This document shows, in pieces, positions 40,301-48,793 of a DNA stretch of 64,000 nt. Below the pieces are notes generated by a model. It was not told the DNA's origin. It was given only the letters and a program-made list of their open reading frames with translations, and ran no database searches. Made by a program: the position numbers and the translations under genes. The stretch lies in IMG/VR virus record IMGVR_UViG_3300020460_000012. One strand, 5' to 3'. Every line of letters begins with the position of its first letter. The first letter of the stretch is position 1. The stretch is from a virus. Its lineage: Duplodnaviria > Caudoviricetes.

Positions 40301-43300
40301 GAAATAGATGATATAATTGCAGGTTCTTACTTACTTACAAGTCTTGATAATAGCATAGGTGATGTTGTAAAGATTAATAGTGTAGGATCTGGCGGATGGC
40401 TACTATTAGAAAAAATTGCAGATGAAGATACAGAAGATTATACAGTAAATTATAAAACAATTGGTAGACAAAACGGAACAATTGAATTTAATGATAGATT
40501 ATATGATTATACAAAAAACACTGTAGGTTTTGACAATAGAAGTTTTGATAGCTATTTCTACGATAATACGCCTGCAAAAGAATTAAGAATAATACTTAAT
40601 GCAATAAAAGACAAAATTTTTATAGGTACTCTTGCAGTTGAATATAATGAATTATTTTTTGCTTCATTAAGATATGTATTAGCTGAGCAAAAAGGTGCTG
40701 ATTGGTTATTTAAAACAAGTTTTGTTAAAGCTAAACACAATCTTGGACCTTTATACCAAGATCTAACATTTAATAATGATAATTTAGCAAATTACGAAGC
40801 TTACATTAATGAAGTGAAACCATATAGCACGAATGTTAGGGAATTTGTAAGTAATTATTCTACAGTACAAGAAACTAATACAACAATTAGTGATTTTGAT
40901 TTACCGCCAGAATATAATAATTTAACAAAAGCTATAGAAGCTAGTAAGGCACAAGTTATTGATGGTGTAGTAGTTTCTTCACCAAACAGTGCAAGTATAT
41001 ATCCTAGAAAACATTGGGCTGATAATAATTCATATCAAGTAAAAGAAATTAAAATTAGTAATCCAGGTAGCGGATATACATATACACCTACTGTAAAAAT
41101 TACAAACACAGAAGGATCTGGTGCTACTGCAAAAGCATATTTAGGTTATGGTAAAATTACTAAAATAGAAGTAACAAACCCTGGCTCAGGATATATTAAG
41201 CAACCTATTGTTACTATAGAAGGGCCGCAAAGTGAAGGTAGTGTAAAAGCTACTGCTACAGCAATTCTTGGTAATGGTGTTGTAAGAGCTCCTACTATTG
41301 TAACTAAATTTGATAGAATTTCAGGTAAAACATACTATACTACATTATTACAAGAAAGCACATTTGCAGGCACAGGTTCTCAATTAACCTACAATTTAGA
41401 ATGGCCAATGGACCTTTCAGCTTCAAAAGTTAAGGTTTTTGTAGGCAAAGATGCAAATAATTTAGTTGAACAGTTAAGAAGTGCTTATACTTTTACTAAT
41501 ATTGAAAATGATACAGCAGGTTATACACGAGAGCAAGGTAGAATTACATTTACAACTCCACCAAAAAATAATGATGTTATAAAAATAAGTTATTATAGGC
41601 CTTTAAGCTTGCTTACAGCTGAAGATAGAATAAACTTCGCATACAATCCAACAAAAGAAATGTATGGTAAAGAACTATCACAACTAATGACAGGTATAGA
41701 TTATGGCGGAGTTCAAGTTCGTAGTTTTGAATTTGATAAACCAGCTGGTTGGGATAGTGCAGGCTGGTATACAGATAGTTGGGACACATTTGATAATACA
41801 TTTGAAGATGAAGTTTTTTATAGTGATGGTTCTACAAATGCTGTACAGTTGACAAAACCAATGGCAAATGGCATTATGTATAATTTTTACTTGAACGGTG
41901 TACGTATTGATGATCCAAATTATGATAATAGCACCCTAAATAAAAACCCTAGTGCAATTACAAATTCGATTATAGGCGATGGAGTTACAGATACATTAGA
42001 TTTAGAAACTATGGGTATTAGGTTAGCACCTAGTGATGTTTTAATAATAAGAAAAACTACTAGTGATGGAAGCACATTGCCTGATGCAGAAAGTTATGAT
42101 ACAGCATTGTCTGGAGGTGACTTGGCATATAAAACAGCAACAGGTTTAAAAGCAGAAGATATTATTATCGATGGTGATGACTTTGTAACACCTACAACAA
42201 GTGGCGGTCCTGAAGAGCTTGTTCCAGGACAAGTACTAGATACTTTAGACATAAAAGTGTTTACAAGAGATAGTGCAGGACAAGGAAGAATACACAGTCA
42301 AAGCTATACAATGACTAATCAAACCATTTATGATTTAGGTGTAATTCCAAGAACTGCTCCTGCTGTAATAGTGAAAGTTGCTAACGTAATTCAACCTACT
42401 AGCAATTACACAATTGATTGGAATTTGAATACAATAACTTTAAATAATCCAACTCCTGGTGCAGAGTTAAACATAATTGCAATGGCACAAGGTACACAAA
42501 AAGTTTTAGATTTCGGCACAGGACAATCAGTAGCTGGCCAATCAGATTACCTTACAACAGTTGACTGGGAAGAAGGAGTTAGTGTTTTTGTAAGTGTCAA
42601 TGGTGTGGCATATAATGATGTGGTTGTATTTAATAGTGCAGAAGATAGTGTTCCAGGACCAGCAAAGGTTGGTATTAGATTTAGTACTCCTTTAGAAGCA
42701 TCTAACTACAAAATACATTACACAGTATTCAGTGATAGCACAAAAATAAATTACAGTCAAGTAAGCAAAGACCAATTCCAAGCAGATGGTACAACTAAAT
42801 CATTTTCTCTTGCTACTACTCCATTTTATGCAAAACCAAATGAGCATAACATAATTGTAAAAGTTGCAAATAAAATTTTAAATCCTGGTTATAATATACA
42901 GTATACTATAGATTCAGATAATACGAGAGAATATAAAATTGAATCTTTCCAACAGCCAATAGGATCAAATGCGGCATCTGATATTAAAGTATTTGTTGAT
43001 GGAGTAGAAAAGTTTACTCCAAATGAGTGGAGATTTGATATTGCTAATAGCCAAGTTGTGTTGGCTGATGAAGTAGGTAAACCTGGCTCTACTGTAGAAC
43101 TTTTTGCAATTACAGATGGCGAATACAGGATAACAGGAAATGTAATCACGCTTGATAGTACTCCAGCTCAAGATACAATTATTGAAGTTTTCCAATTTTC
43201 AAATCATGATTTACTTGGCCTAGAAAGAATCAACTATGACGTTGTTAAAAGGACTTTGTTATTATCAACTGATGTACAAAATACAACATATAACAGATTA

Positions 43301-44188
43301 ACAGTAGGAGAAATTACACTTAGAAGTAAAGCAGTAGATGCTGAATATGTATGGGTAAGTGTAAACGGTGAATTGCTTACGCCTAGTGTTGATTATTATC
43401 TTACAGATGACCAAATGAAGGTTAGGTTAGTAAGAACACCAGAAGCAAATGATGTAATTGATGTATTGCACTTTAGCGAAAAAGTAAGTACAGAAAAATT
43501 TGCATATAGACAATTTAAAGATATGTTAAACAGAACACACTTTAAGCGTTTAGATAAAGAAGCTACTACTCTTAGTGTTCCACTGAATAGCACAGATTTA
43601 AGAATAGAAGTTGTAGACGGGACTAACTTATCAGTACCTAGCAAAGGACAGAATATTCCAGGAGTACTTTTTATAAATGGAGAAAGAATAGAATATTTTG
43701 TAAAAGAAGGCAATACATTAAAGCAATTAAGGAGAGGTACACTTGGTACAGGTGTAAAATCAGTTTACCCAGCAGGTCAAAAAGTATTTGATCAGAACAT
43801 AAGTAAGACTATACCATATAAAGATATGACACAGTCACAGAGCTTTAATGGAGATGGTGCTACTACTGCATTTACTTTAGGATTTGATGTTACATCTGCA
43901 GATGAAATTGAAGTATTTTCTGCAGGTTCAAGACTAAGAAAAACAACTTTACAATCTTTTGATCCAGCAGTAGCATTAGATAGTCCAGATGGTGATACGA
44001 CATTACCAGAAGAGTTTACTCTAAACGGACAAGTTTTAACTTTAAGTGCTATTCCTGCATTGAATACTAAGGTAACAGTGATTAAAAAGACTGGTCAAAC
44101 ATGGACAAATACAGGAGAAACACTAGGAGAAGCTGAAAATTCTATAGCACGATTCTTACGAGCAGGAACTTCGGCGCTACCAGAATAA
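28391..44188 (+). CDS. Giant (5265 aa) baseplate wedge/adhesin protein, gp7-like
   Basis: Uninterrupted 15.8-kb ORF after gp6, with CBM5/12-like repeats, FG-GAP-like beta-propeller blades, (N/D)xGxGY..P repeats and GDGxTxxF Ig-like repeats. Confidence 0.7.
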   Translation: MSYDDNQKDLTPPIPGEKVKNIGINFLPKFFRTEANKKFLQGTIDQLVQPGVAEKVSGYIGRETAKAFQPTDNYIGDVTNDRKNYQLEPAAVIKDNFDNVLFYKDYNDYVNQLGAFGSNNDNHSRLNNQDSYGWNPNIDWDKFVNFREYYWLPNGPTSVAVRGQNKEVVSTYTVTTSDQGDNISYVFNDGLTVNPTIKLYKGQTYRFEIDTPGHPIAFAITRSFTPGSAILTAGSEGIRADGQFDAKLYGNNYDQGEYVVLPSSGSVTFEADENVSTLYPTGITKYGKEGEVISVVYVEEGTIEFTVPENAPDRLYYVSQNSVDTSGLIRIYDIAENSAINVADEILGKKTYSSANNVKLSNGMKLTFQGEVTPAKYATGQWYVEGVGSQIKLINSKDLIIPAAYSTNKLVPFDTDKFDELPFADAKAFAATKDYITVNRASPDRNAWSRYNCWYHKDVILASESYNSLPTTLDESTRAKRPIIEYEAGLKLNNFGVSAKNDVDLVDVFTKDVFSTIEGSTGYNVDGVDLSDGMRVLFTADTDILVSGRIYEVKFVTINNVRQINLKTVSDTDPIDLETVLVTQGSKYAGTSFHYNGTLWVQSQQKTITNQHPLFEVFDANTNSFSDTTYYGSTTFTGTKIFSYKQGIGTNDTELGFPLSYKSINNSGDIVFNFNLLNDTFTYQTDTDLFTQAISTGYLKKYKSLTEFDYVNGFSSIATSTRQMVLKQYTSTDIKNNNFEIDAYKKAGDLNDLIVHVYLDNKLKIINQDYEIDRANGFAHVRFYNDLKSGQVIKIKTHSSSAKVNGHYEFPHNLERNPLNEDITEFTLGEVIDHVDTMIEDIQGFSGEYPGRSNLRDVGETDQFGKRFVKHSGPINIPLYHITNKEFNIVKALRYSKNEYSRFKRKFLETANSLGYDGPIKQHVDKILNEINKEKIKSEPFYFSDMLGYGDANVIKYTVVDARTTTYPITSPFNLTDLSAKSINIYLNGIQLEYGLDYTFNSDGYAVITASKVEDDIIEIYEYESTDGSFIAPTPSKLGLYPKYYPELTIDDSYIQSSTTNTGPFKVYGREEQTTKTHKGKVGWFYPLYTSEEAAIAADSDSSADTGSAHKHVFEGLSQIFYMPSTEVNHAVQDSDLYDEYPVGVAMIRGHDGSYIKAYKDFRDELILELERRIFNNIKVDYSKALLDIQDFIGGEYRTSEFSKSEVDNTLAADFQQWLRLIGSKEYTEHDFYDPNNSFTFNYASASTPLGNGHPGFWRGAYMHAYGTDRPNATPWEMLGFTMKPTWWEATYGPAPYSGDNLVLWKDLEEGRIKEPGVAEVVNGKYARPGLTNHIPVDGQGKLRSPRDSNFARAFLRRQATNGWKFGDHAPVETAWRRSSEFPFAILLAYLLNKPAKVMGLGFDVSRTKKNLVKQWIQNDTNKPIQLSTAKLPNTYKDDTRVLTCGLVNYIYNLVASDVLSVYTDYKNNLANLRNQLGFKVGGFTDTSKFNLILDSRSPTKQADRDGIFVPQESFKVFNNTSSPLEMVTYSGMSVEKAGSGYIIRGYSNTSPEFEYYKPKQGSSKITVTVGGISEASSEWSANTFYERGQVIQFKNEFYRAARQFTSGDTFTADDTVAKLDELPITGGRTAHFFKDFDETEVFKLQYGTRLSTTQEVVDLMLGYNARQKVLGFSFNEVDSFNEKVENWENTAREFMFFTTQGWAAGTVITLSPGAPKIEFSRPNVVVDNLYDTFYEYSIFKADGQPLSAELNGVVREGNSFGLAVADSDEGIYHVALPLVQKEHVILLENKTAFSDVIYEPKSGYRQERIKVSGYRTADWDGGLNLPGFLYDEAKIVDWSQWKDYKIGELVKYKQFYYTAKNNIPGSKNFNASSWLQLSNKPEPELTANMDYKANQFTDFYDLDSAGFDSEQQRLAQHLIGYQKRQYLANIINDDVSQFKFYRGFIGEKGTMNALTKLFESLGTGQESALDFYEEWAIQTGRFGATDNTKQVEFSLKEDLMTETPQAFELLNTLPTTNYEKVYRILPNEVFDKPENYNHEPFPTKVISSADEYIKTGGYVSEEDVAFVAGSIPELALGDVNAVNLGDYIWVVETGKNTWSVYQVIPANVNVVSATVRTDTISNDGMRLIDLQLDTWADIPYDGIKALITVNDIIGVRGATAYNLDGMYAIEKDGIDLTKVTIKADINVETEDFEGESFQVVKFREVRRATIDELNVSRYDMYEKQKVWIDNYNGDWAVLENNPAFSENQTIYNTSDFDSTAHDFSKGGTVTENNNDVFVSAPGDGSGKITHYKRTNEKNNLVYDNVIQLDANDDLLNTASTSRFGESISVSPDGEYLAVGMPNATGIKTKFKGDFDKTQTYTKADIVKYRESLWKANREILPEISSQAFTTFDTYVNLAASADADSTTLQLLVAGDPGLANNTVDHLLVRAPKDMYLGTSAGDTISLYWNQRSFAYPTLDNYLPFNGAIPQINFSFLTGQHTIVHKVDHVLFVSTFVTLPTVGQTVTTNTGSATVAYVGTKADSAVIYIKDTNGIFNVTDELFIDETIFVGFYSETSTYNTSSAVDGFWYINTGFSYSNNATYYDTGRGLVYADVRLASSSRAFNTYSNIQQAVGSIGSYVKNKNRASYITHLSYRGDPGGVEADQLSNKWVVRGEKSYTDTLSAGDETEFRIYDLENRTVDVTSAGFSLAILNKKQTIVDLWDGYIDFTFDEFDFNGNVFEPVIGDIISDVQIPNDGQGGLAITTQTTSTAEVVFYRRNFNSVRVYVKALSGDWSQLTNIGKYSIQRNANTAVRGIADVNRVMGTVADVDNDIAVGTATVGKLIVFENSSQFNVVTNPEIVDEEYWFFNENTEQGISRTENPPYSLNKDYTQVFHIQAEATGVAGPNTEGAVAIYRRTEGGNYRRQYVFVSEHRKENRKFGKKVKLVQKGNYYTLAVSSEGLGTREDPGSIEFYRHGVKPEQVNNFRGNYQIAAYSVGDIVKNNDLFYLCIRAAASTNFVSDPVYWENISWKHGKDRNYRGVWDNTYRYEKGTIVEYNNQLYKAKTNIAVGASWAPTSWDLLTTNIDYIGMLPNRTSKTFYTDENIFDPIQDIQQFSKDFDLSKDGDVLVTTSTQVATDSTRDIAVVIYREVDDKFQFSQMITEKSAVDGFADKVSMNPEGTKIAVSAPLEDTTRINQGVVNIYSADTSGTFGTPITTSTQIDWTQFATAVLEMSSNNFTHPLVPFLKTQHTDGRIYADANLSGNIADSVDQQADDINVWDALEWQRYAADQDNHTVNSHSWIDGTVKSAFLKVASSYPSALKTVNVDVGECTPNQILLPPQDEESEKFGHSVEWGSEYLAISSLNGDQKIPTEFDTYTKTQTDSYQLDVTSDRKQTPTTFDNKFTTFKNIKIDKGVIYLYETLENKVTQSEVITFPLIQTTFGENLLAQGNHLYVGLPQQFDNNKRGAVVDFRKLPGNNAWKQIRSSVTPVDVDKIRGAFLYNKRENQIVTYLDFIDPVQGKIAGIAEQEIDFKTKYDPAFYNTGQLADDNVDPNRHWAEKYIGKVWWNIAGARFAHPYQGSTNFQRNVWNTQLEGSTINVYEWVESKLLPSTWDSIADTDEGLAQGISGISLFGNTKYTTRLVYDSVSKTFNSLYYFWVENKKTIPANTKRLLSIRNIAALIGNPKDQKYRYLSLLSKNKFLLTNCNDIVNNDDIVLNIKYTNDNLQKQKQNTHSQYQILSKGLSTSVPNPDIQLKWFDSLIGFDDKERKVPNTDVPVKSRYGIQNRPRQGMFVNRFEALKQFIERVNLVCKQNLLADEYDLSSLSMKEPLPTLLSGEYDHKVSTYSEINFISTSKVTPAKLTPVVLNGKIVRVTIDDAGRGYKVAPRLKITGAGKDAEVKLTIDTLGKITSATVENQGTGYDENTYISVRRYSVLVEADNTVFNKWALYSWNETDSVWFRRSIQDYDVTQFWSQIDWYADGYNQFTEIDDIIAGSYLLTSLDNSIGDVVKINSVGSGGWLLLEKIADEDTEDYTVNYKTIGRQNGTIEFNDRLYDYTKNTVGFDNRSFDSYFYDNTPAKELRIILNAIKDKIFIGTLAVEYNELFFASLRYVLAEQKGADWLFKTSFVKAKHNLGPLYQDLTFNNDNLANYEAYINEVKPYSTNVREFVSNYSTVQETNTTISDFDLPPEYNNLTKAIEASKAQVIDGVVVSSPNSASIYPRKHWADNNSYQVKEIKISNPGSGYTYTPTVKITNTEGSGATAKAYLGYGKITKIEVTNPGSGYIKQPIVTIEGPQSEGSVKATATAILGNGVVRAPTIVTKFDRISGKTYYTTLLQESTFAGTGSQLTYNLEWPMDLSASKVKVFVGKDANNLVEQLRSAYTFTNIENDTAGYTREQGRITFTTPPKNNDVIKISYYRPLSLLTAEDRINFAYNPTKEMYGKELSQLMTGIDYGGVQVRSFEFDKPAGWDSAGWYTDSWDTFDNTFEDEVFYSDGSTNAVQLTKPMANGIMYNFYLNGVRIDDPNYDNSTLNKNPSAITNSIIGDGVTDTLDLETMGIRLAPSDVLIIRKTTSDGSTLPDAESYDTALSGGDLAYKTATGLKAEDIIIDGDDFVTPTTSGGPEELVPGQVLDTLDIKVFTRDSAGQGRIHSQSYTMTNQTIYDLGVIPRTAPAVIVKVANVIQPTSNYTIDWNLNTITLNNPTPGAELNIIAMAQGTQKVLDFGTGQSVAGQSDYLTTVDWEEGVSVFVSVNGVAYNDVVVFNSAEDSVPGPAKVGIRFSTPLEASNYKIHYTVFSDSTKINYSQVSKDQFQADGTTKSFSLATTPFYAKPNEHNIIVKVANKILNPGYNIQYTIDSDNTREYKIESFQQPIGSNAASDIKVFVDGVEKFTPNEWRFDIANSQVVLADEVGKPGSTVELFAITDGEYRITGNVITLDSTPAQDTIIEVFQFSNHDLLGLERINYDVVKRTLLLSTDVQNTTYNRLTVGEITLRSKAVDAEYVWVSVNGELLTPSVDYYLTDDQMKVRLVRTPEANDVIDVLHFSEKVSTEKFAYRQFKDMLNRTHFKRLDKEATTLSVPLNSTDLRIEVVDGTNLSVPSKGQNIPGVLFINGERIEYFVKEGNTLKQLRRGTLGTGVKSVYPAGQKVFDQNISKTIPYKDMTQSQSFNGDGATTAFTLGFDVTSADEIEVFSAGSRLRKTTLQSFDPAVALDSPDGDTTLPEEFTLNGQVLTLSAIPALNTKVTVIKKTGQTWTNTGETLGEAENSIARFLRAGTSALPE

Positions 44189-44191
44189 ATA
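44186..44191 (+). promoter_or_regulatory. Late promoter core TAAATA overlapping the stop codon of the giant gene
   Basis: TAAATACAGT, identical to the 10-mer at 24285. Confidence 0.55.
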
Positions 44192-44207
44192 CAGTATAGG
44201 AAATACA

Positions 44208-44810
44208 ATGAGCGAAAATATGCAAGATAAAAACGGAGTACTAGTACAGGGTCATATCAAGATATTTGATCCTAAATCGCAAGAAGTTTACGTAGATAAG
44301 CGTAATGCAATTCATTATGAAAATATGAGTATTGCATTAGCAGAAAGCCTTGCTAATGAAGGTGCAGGATTTATATATGAAATGAGCTTCGGCAACGGCG
44401 GAACTTCAGTCGATCCAACTGGTATTATTACATATCTTACACCTAACAGTACAGGTACAAACGCTACATTGTATAATCAAACGTATACAAAAGTAGTAGA
44501 CGAAAAAAGTGTTAACAATACTGACACTGCAAGAAATAAAACAGAAACAAGACATGTAAGCGGAACAAACTACACAGATATACTTGTTTCATGTTTGCTT
44601 GATTACGGTGAACCGAGTGGACAACAAGCATTTGATAATGCTACTGATCCAGAAAATGCTTACGTATTTGATGAACTTGGATTAAGAAGTTATAGTGCAA
44701 GCGGTACAGGACGCTTAATTACTCATGTAATTTTTCATCCTGTACAAAAATCATTGAACAGATTGATACAGATAGATTATACTGTTCGTGTACAGAGTTT
44801 AGCGGGTTAA
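44208..44810 (+). CDS. Virion structural protein, possible tail-fibre attachment/collar (DUF3751-like)
   Basis: FDELGL...LITHVIFHPVQKS; immediately precedes the fibre genes. Confidence 0.45.
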   Translation: MSENMQDKNGVLVQGHIKIFDPKSQEVYVDKRNAIHYENMSIALAESLANEGAGFIYEMSFGNGGTSVDPTGIITYLTPNSTGTNATLYNQTYTKVVDEKSVNNTDTARNKTETRHVSGTNYTDILVSCLLDYGEPSGQQAFDNATDPENAYVFDELGLRSYSASGTGRLITHVIFHPVQKSLNRLIQIDYTVRVQSLAG

Positions 44811-44820
44811 GGAAAAGATT

Positions 44821-46881
44821 ATGGCATATGCAATTAATTACACTGACTCCGTAAATAAAGGAACAATTACTGTTGAAGACAATACTATAAACTCTGAAAC
44901 TACTATTAGTCTACCTGGTAGATTTACAACAGCATATGGCCAAGCAATCAGTGAAAACTTTTTACATTTATTAGAAAATTTTGCAAATAGTTCTGCACCA
45001 GAGAGACCTGTAGAAGGTCAATTATGGTATGATACTACAACAGGTGTCGACCAACTAAAAATTTATGATGGAACAATTTGGCAAGCGGCCGCAGGGTTGA
45101 AAAAAGCAAGCTCAGAACCAGCAGTGGCAAATAGCAGTGCAGGCGATTTATGGGTAAACACAGGCTCGCAACAATTATATTTGTTTACAGGATCTACTTG
45201 GGTTTTAGTTGGACCAGAATTTACAGATGGATTATTAACTGGTACAAAGTCGGAAGTTTTAGCAGGAACTGACAATTTAAGTTATACAGTATTGTCTATT
45301 AAGGTACAAGACAAAACTGCATTTATTATAAGTGATAGAGCTTTTACACCTAAAACAGCTATTGCAGGATTTACAACAGGAATTAAAGCAGGTATTAATA
45401 TTAGTTCTGTAGCATTAGTCGGCACAGAAACATTAAAATATTATGGAACAGCTGAAAAAGCAGATGCATTAGTAATTGGAAATACAACAGTACCAGCGGC
45501 GAATTTTGTAAGAACAGACGTTAGCTCAACATCAAATTTTGATTTAAAAGTAAAAAATAATGATGGTGTTGTAATTGGTACAGGAGGACAATTAAGCCTA
45601 GGTGTTGACGGTGAGCAGGGAGTTATCCAACACAACACTAGCGGATCTAATATTGATTTTAGATTAAGAAGCGGCACTTCTACACCTACAATTATGCGTA
45701 TTGACGCATCAGGAAAAGTAGGAATCAACAATAGTGCTCCTGAGCAAGATCTTGATGTTGCAGGTAATATTAAACTTACACCAAAAGCAGGAGTTGCTGG
45801 TTCAGGTTATTTACAGCTTACTAGTACAACAGATAGCAGTAGTATTAGCACAGGATCATTAATTACAGCAGGTGGTATAGGCGTAGCATTAAATGCTTAT
45901 ATAGGTGGTAACGTTGATGTAGGAGGAATACTACAAACAGGTAATATTGCACCTGACACTGGATCTAGTAGGAATATTGGAACATTAATTAACAAATATG
46001 ACAGCATATATGCAAATACATTTTTTGGTAATTTACAAGGAAATGTTAGCGGTACAGTTAGCGGCAGGGCAGGCTCTGCAGATAAGTTAGCTAGTGCAAC
46101 AACTTTTGCAGTTACTGGTGATGTTGATGCGGCTAGTTTTGAATTTGATGGACAAACTGGCGGCAGTACAAAAACATTTAATATGTCAATTGCTAATACC
46201 TTTATTAGTAATAAAACTGTTACATATGCCGCTGAGAACTCAGATGAATTATTACTGAATAGACCAACAGGTACAACAGGTGTGTTTAGAATTACTAAAA
46301 GTAATTTCCTTAAATCAGTGCCTATTACTCCAGTTGGATCAATGGTTATATATGGTGGAACTACTGCACCTGCAGGATGGTTATTTTGTGATGGCACAGA
46401 AGTTAGAAAATCAGATTACAACGATTTATGGTTAGCTATAGGATTTAATTTTAAAGATGCTTCGCTTATTTCAGATGCAGGAGTTAACTTTTTTGCACTA
46501 CCTGATTTAAGAGGTAGATTTGCATTAGGTATGGATAATATGGGCGGAAACACTGCCAATAGGGTTACAGATGCTACAGCAGATACAATAGGCGGAACAG
46601 GCGGTGCTCAAAATACAACAATTCAGCTTAATAATTTACCAGAACACGAACATGATATGGAAGGTGATAGCGGTACTCAGTACTATGCAACAAGAGTAGG
46701 AACAGGTACTCCTGCAGATTCAGGAGCCATTCAACTTTCAATTACTTCTGGAACACAAGGTACACAAGGTCTTGCGTCAAGTGGAGGTATTAAAACTACA
46801 TCTTCATTAGGAACAGCAATGGATACAATAGATCCTTACTTGGCTGTAAACTATATTATATATACTGGAGTAACAACATGA
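44821..46881 (+). CDS. Tail fibre with a phage tail-collar domain (short-fibre/gp12-like)
   Basis: PVGSMVIYGGTTAPAGWLFCDG...LPDLRGRF, LPEHEH and PYLAVNYII; shares its N-terminal domain with the next two genes. Confidence 0.82.
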   Translation: MAYAINYTDSVNKGTITVEDNTINSETTISLPGRFTTAYGQAISENFLHLLENFANSSAPERPVEGQLWYDTTTGVDQLKIYDGTIWQAAAGLKKASSEPAVANSSAGDLWVNTGSQQLYLFTGSTWVLVGPEFTDGLLTGTKSEVLAGTDNLSYTVLSIKVQDKTAFIISDRAFTPKTAIAGFTTGIKAGINISSVALVGTETLKYYGTAEKADALVIGNTTVPAANFVRTDVSSTSNFDLKVKNNDGVVIGTGGQLSLGVDGEQGVIQHNTSGSNIDFRLRSGTSTPTIMRIDASGKVGINNSAPEQDLDVAGNIKLTPKAGVAGSGYLQLTSTTDSSSISTGSLITAGGIGVALNAYIGGNVDVGGILQTGNIAPDTGSSRNIGTLINKYDSIYANTFFGNLQGNVSGTVSGRAGSADKLASATTFAVTGDVDAASFEFDGQTGGSTKTFNMSIANTFISNKTVTYAAENSDELLLNRPTGTTGVFRITKSNFLKSVPITPVGSMVIYGGTTAPAGWLFCDGTEVRKSDYNDLWLAIGFNFKDASLISDAGVNFFALPDLRGRFALGMDNMGGNTANRVTDATADTIGGTGGAQNTTIQLNNLPEHEHDMEGDSGTQYYATRVGTGTPADSGAIQLSITSGTQGTQGLASSGGIKTTSSLGTAMDTIDPYLAVNYIIYTGVTT

Positions 46882-48746
46882 GCTATCAATTAAATAAAAC
46901 AGATGGTACATTACTTACTTCGTTAATTGACGGGCAGATTGATCAAGCTAGCACAAATTTAACTTTAGTTGGAAAAAACTACACAGGGTATGGCGAAGCG
47001 TTTAATGAAAATTTTATAAAGTTGTTAGAAAATTTTTCTAACACTTCAGCGCCAAGTAATCCCCTAACAGGACAGCTATGGTGGGACACGAGTAATGCTA
47101 GACTTAAAGTTTATACAGGCACACAATGGAAAGCAAGCGGTGGCCCATTTGTGCAAAACACACAACCTACTATGGTTGCAGGCGATTTATGGATTGATAA
47201 TTTAAATAATCAATTGTACGCATTTGATGGTACTGACACTACTTTAGTAGGTCCACAATATACAACAGCACAAAAGAAAAGCGGCTTTGAAATAGGAACA
47301 ATTCTTGATAATCAAAGTAGATCAAGAACAGTAGCATATCTATATATAGGTGGCACTCTTTCTGCAGTTTTAAGTTCACTAGAATTTACACCTACATATT
47401 CTCAACGAGTTTTAGGTTTAGTTGATGCAAGCACTAATCCAAATGGTATAATATATGAAGGTGTTAATATTATTAACAACTCAACGTTTAAGTGGCACGG
47501 GGTTGCAAATAGTTCATTAGCACTTACAGACTCTGCAGGTGTTGCAAGAACTGCTGAACAATTTTTAGCATCAAATGCTAATGATGTAACAACAGGTGCT
47601 TTAACAATTCAAAATTCAGGTGGCTTAACAATAGGGCTTTCGCAAAACAATGTTCAAAAAGTTATTGGTGACAGATTTTATATAGAAAATCAACTTTTAG
47701 ATCATGATTTAAGTTTGCGTGTACGTTCTAACCAATTTAACTCATTGATTGTTGACGCTTTGTATGTAGACGCAAGTACAGCAAGAGTTGGAATATTTAC
47801 AACAAACAGACTGCCACAGTACACATTAGATGTTGAAGGTGATATAAGAGCTACAGGAAACTTAATTGTACAAGGTACGCAAACTACACTTGATACAGTT
47901 ACACTAAGAGTAGAAGATAAAAATATAGAATTAGGCTATCAGTCAGATAGCACAGGCGGTGATGATGTAGGTGCAGACGGAGGTGGTGTTACATTATTAT
48001 CAACAGACTCTAACAAAGAAATCAAATGGCTAAATTCAACTGATTCCTGGACTTTTAACAAGAATATAGATCTATCTGATACTACTAAATCTATTAAGAT
48101 CGGCGGACAAACAAAATTAACAAATACAAGTCTATCAAATATTTTGTATGCTGACGAATTAACAAGAGTAGGCACACTTGTAAATCTGCAGGTAGATAGT
48201 ATTAATATTAATGGTAACACTATTAGTAACAGTGTTTCTAATATTAATCTTACAGCAACAGGAGGAATGGGTATAACACCTGGTGGTGCAGTAACATTTA
48301 CTGGAGCACCACAAATTAAAGGTGTTGGTGATCCTTCAGACATACAGGATGTTGCAACTAAAGCTTATACAGATACAGAAATAGCAAATGAAGTAATAGT
48401 AATGGGTTTTGACATTACCGGATTAGGTACAGGGTCAACATTACAAGCGGCAGTAGCAGGTTATTTAAATGACCTGTATCCTGCAAGTGCGGCAAATAGT
48501 GGAAAACAAGCAAAACTACATTGTACTTCATACGCAAACGCAACAGCAAGTGGTATCGATGTGGATTCAGCTAAAACTATTTCCTATATTGCTGTTGATT
48601 CTAATGGCACACAGAATGAGTCTGTTGTGCAAGATATAGTTTTTGCAGGAGCCAGTGGTAACGTTTCGTTGACTGCGGCACGTAGTTTGATGAGATACCA
48701 GTCAAACGGAACAGCATGGGAGTGGCAGCAAACAACTGCTTATTAA
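46878..48746 (+). CDS. Tail fibre protein
   Basis: N-terminus LVGKNYTGYGEAFNENFIKLLENF...GQLWWD is paralogous to its neighbours; beta-rich shaft with DVATKAYTD. Confidence 0.72.
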   Translation: MSYQLNKTDGTLLTSLIDGQIDQASTNLTLVGKNYTGYGEAFNENFIKLLENFSNTSAPSNPLTGQLWWDTSNARLKVYTGTQWKASGGPFVQNTQPTMVAGDLWIDNLNNQLYAFDGTDTTLVGPQYTTAQKKSGFEIGTILDNQSRSRTVAYLYIGGTLSAVLSSLEFTPTYSQRVLGLVDASTNPNGIIYEGVNIINNSTFKWHGVANSSLALTDSAGVARTAEQFLASNANDVTTGALTIQNSGGLTIGLSQNNVQKVIGDRFYIENQLLDHDLSLRVRSNQFNSLIVDALYVDASTARVGIFTTNRLPQYTLDVEGDIRATGNLIVQGTQTTLDTVTLRVEDKNIELGYQSDSTGGDDVGADGGGVTLLSTDSNKEIKWLNSTDSWTFNKNIDLSDTTKSIKIGGQTKLTNTSLSNILYADELTRVGTLVNLQVDSININGNTISNSVSNINLTATGGMGITPGGAVTFTGAPQIKGVGDPSDIQDVATKAYTDTEIANEVIVMGFDITGLGTGSTLQAAVAGYLNDLYPASAANSGKQAKLHCTSYANATASGIDVDSAKTISYIAVDSNGTQNESVVQDIVFAGASGNVSLTAARSLMRYQSNGTAWEWQQTTAY

Positions 48747-48763
48747 ACATATGATAAAAACGA

Positions 48764-48769
48764 TAAATA
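48764..48769 (+). promoter_or_regulatory. Late promoter core TAAATA
   Basis: Upstream of 48794, with a GAGG SD. Confidence 0.5.
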
Positions 48770-48793
48770 ACATAAGTACTACGAGGAACAGCA

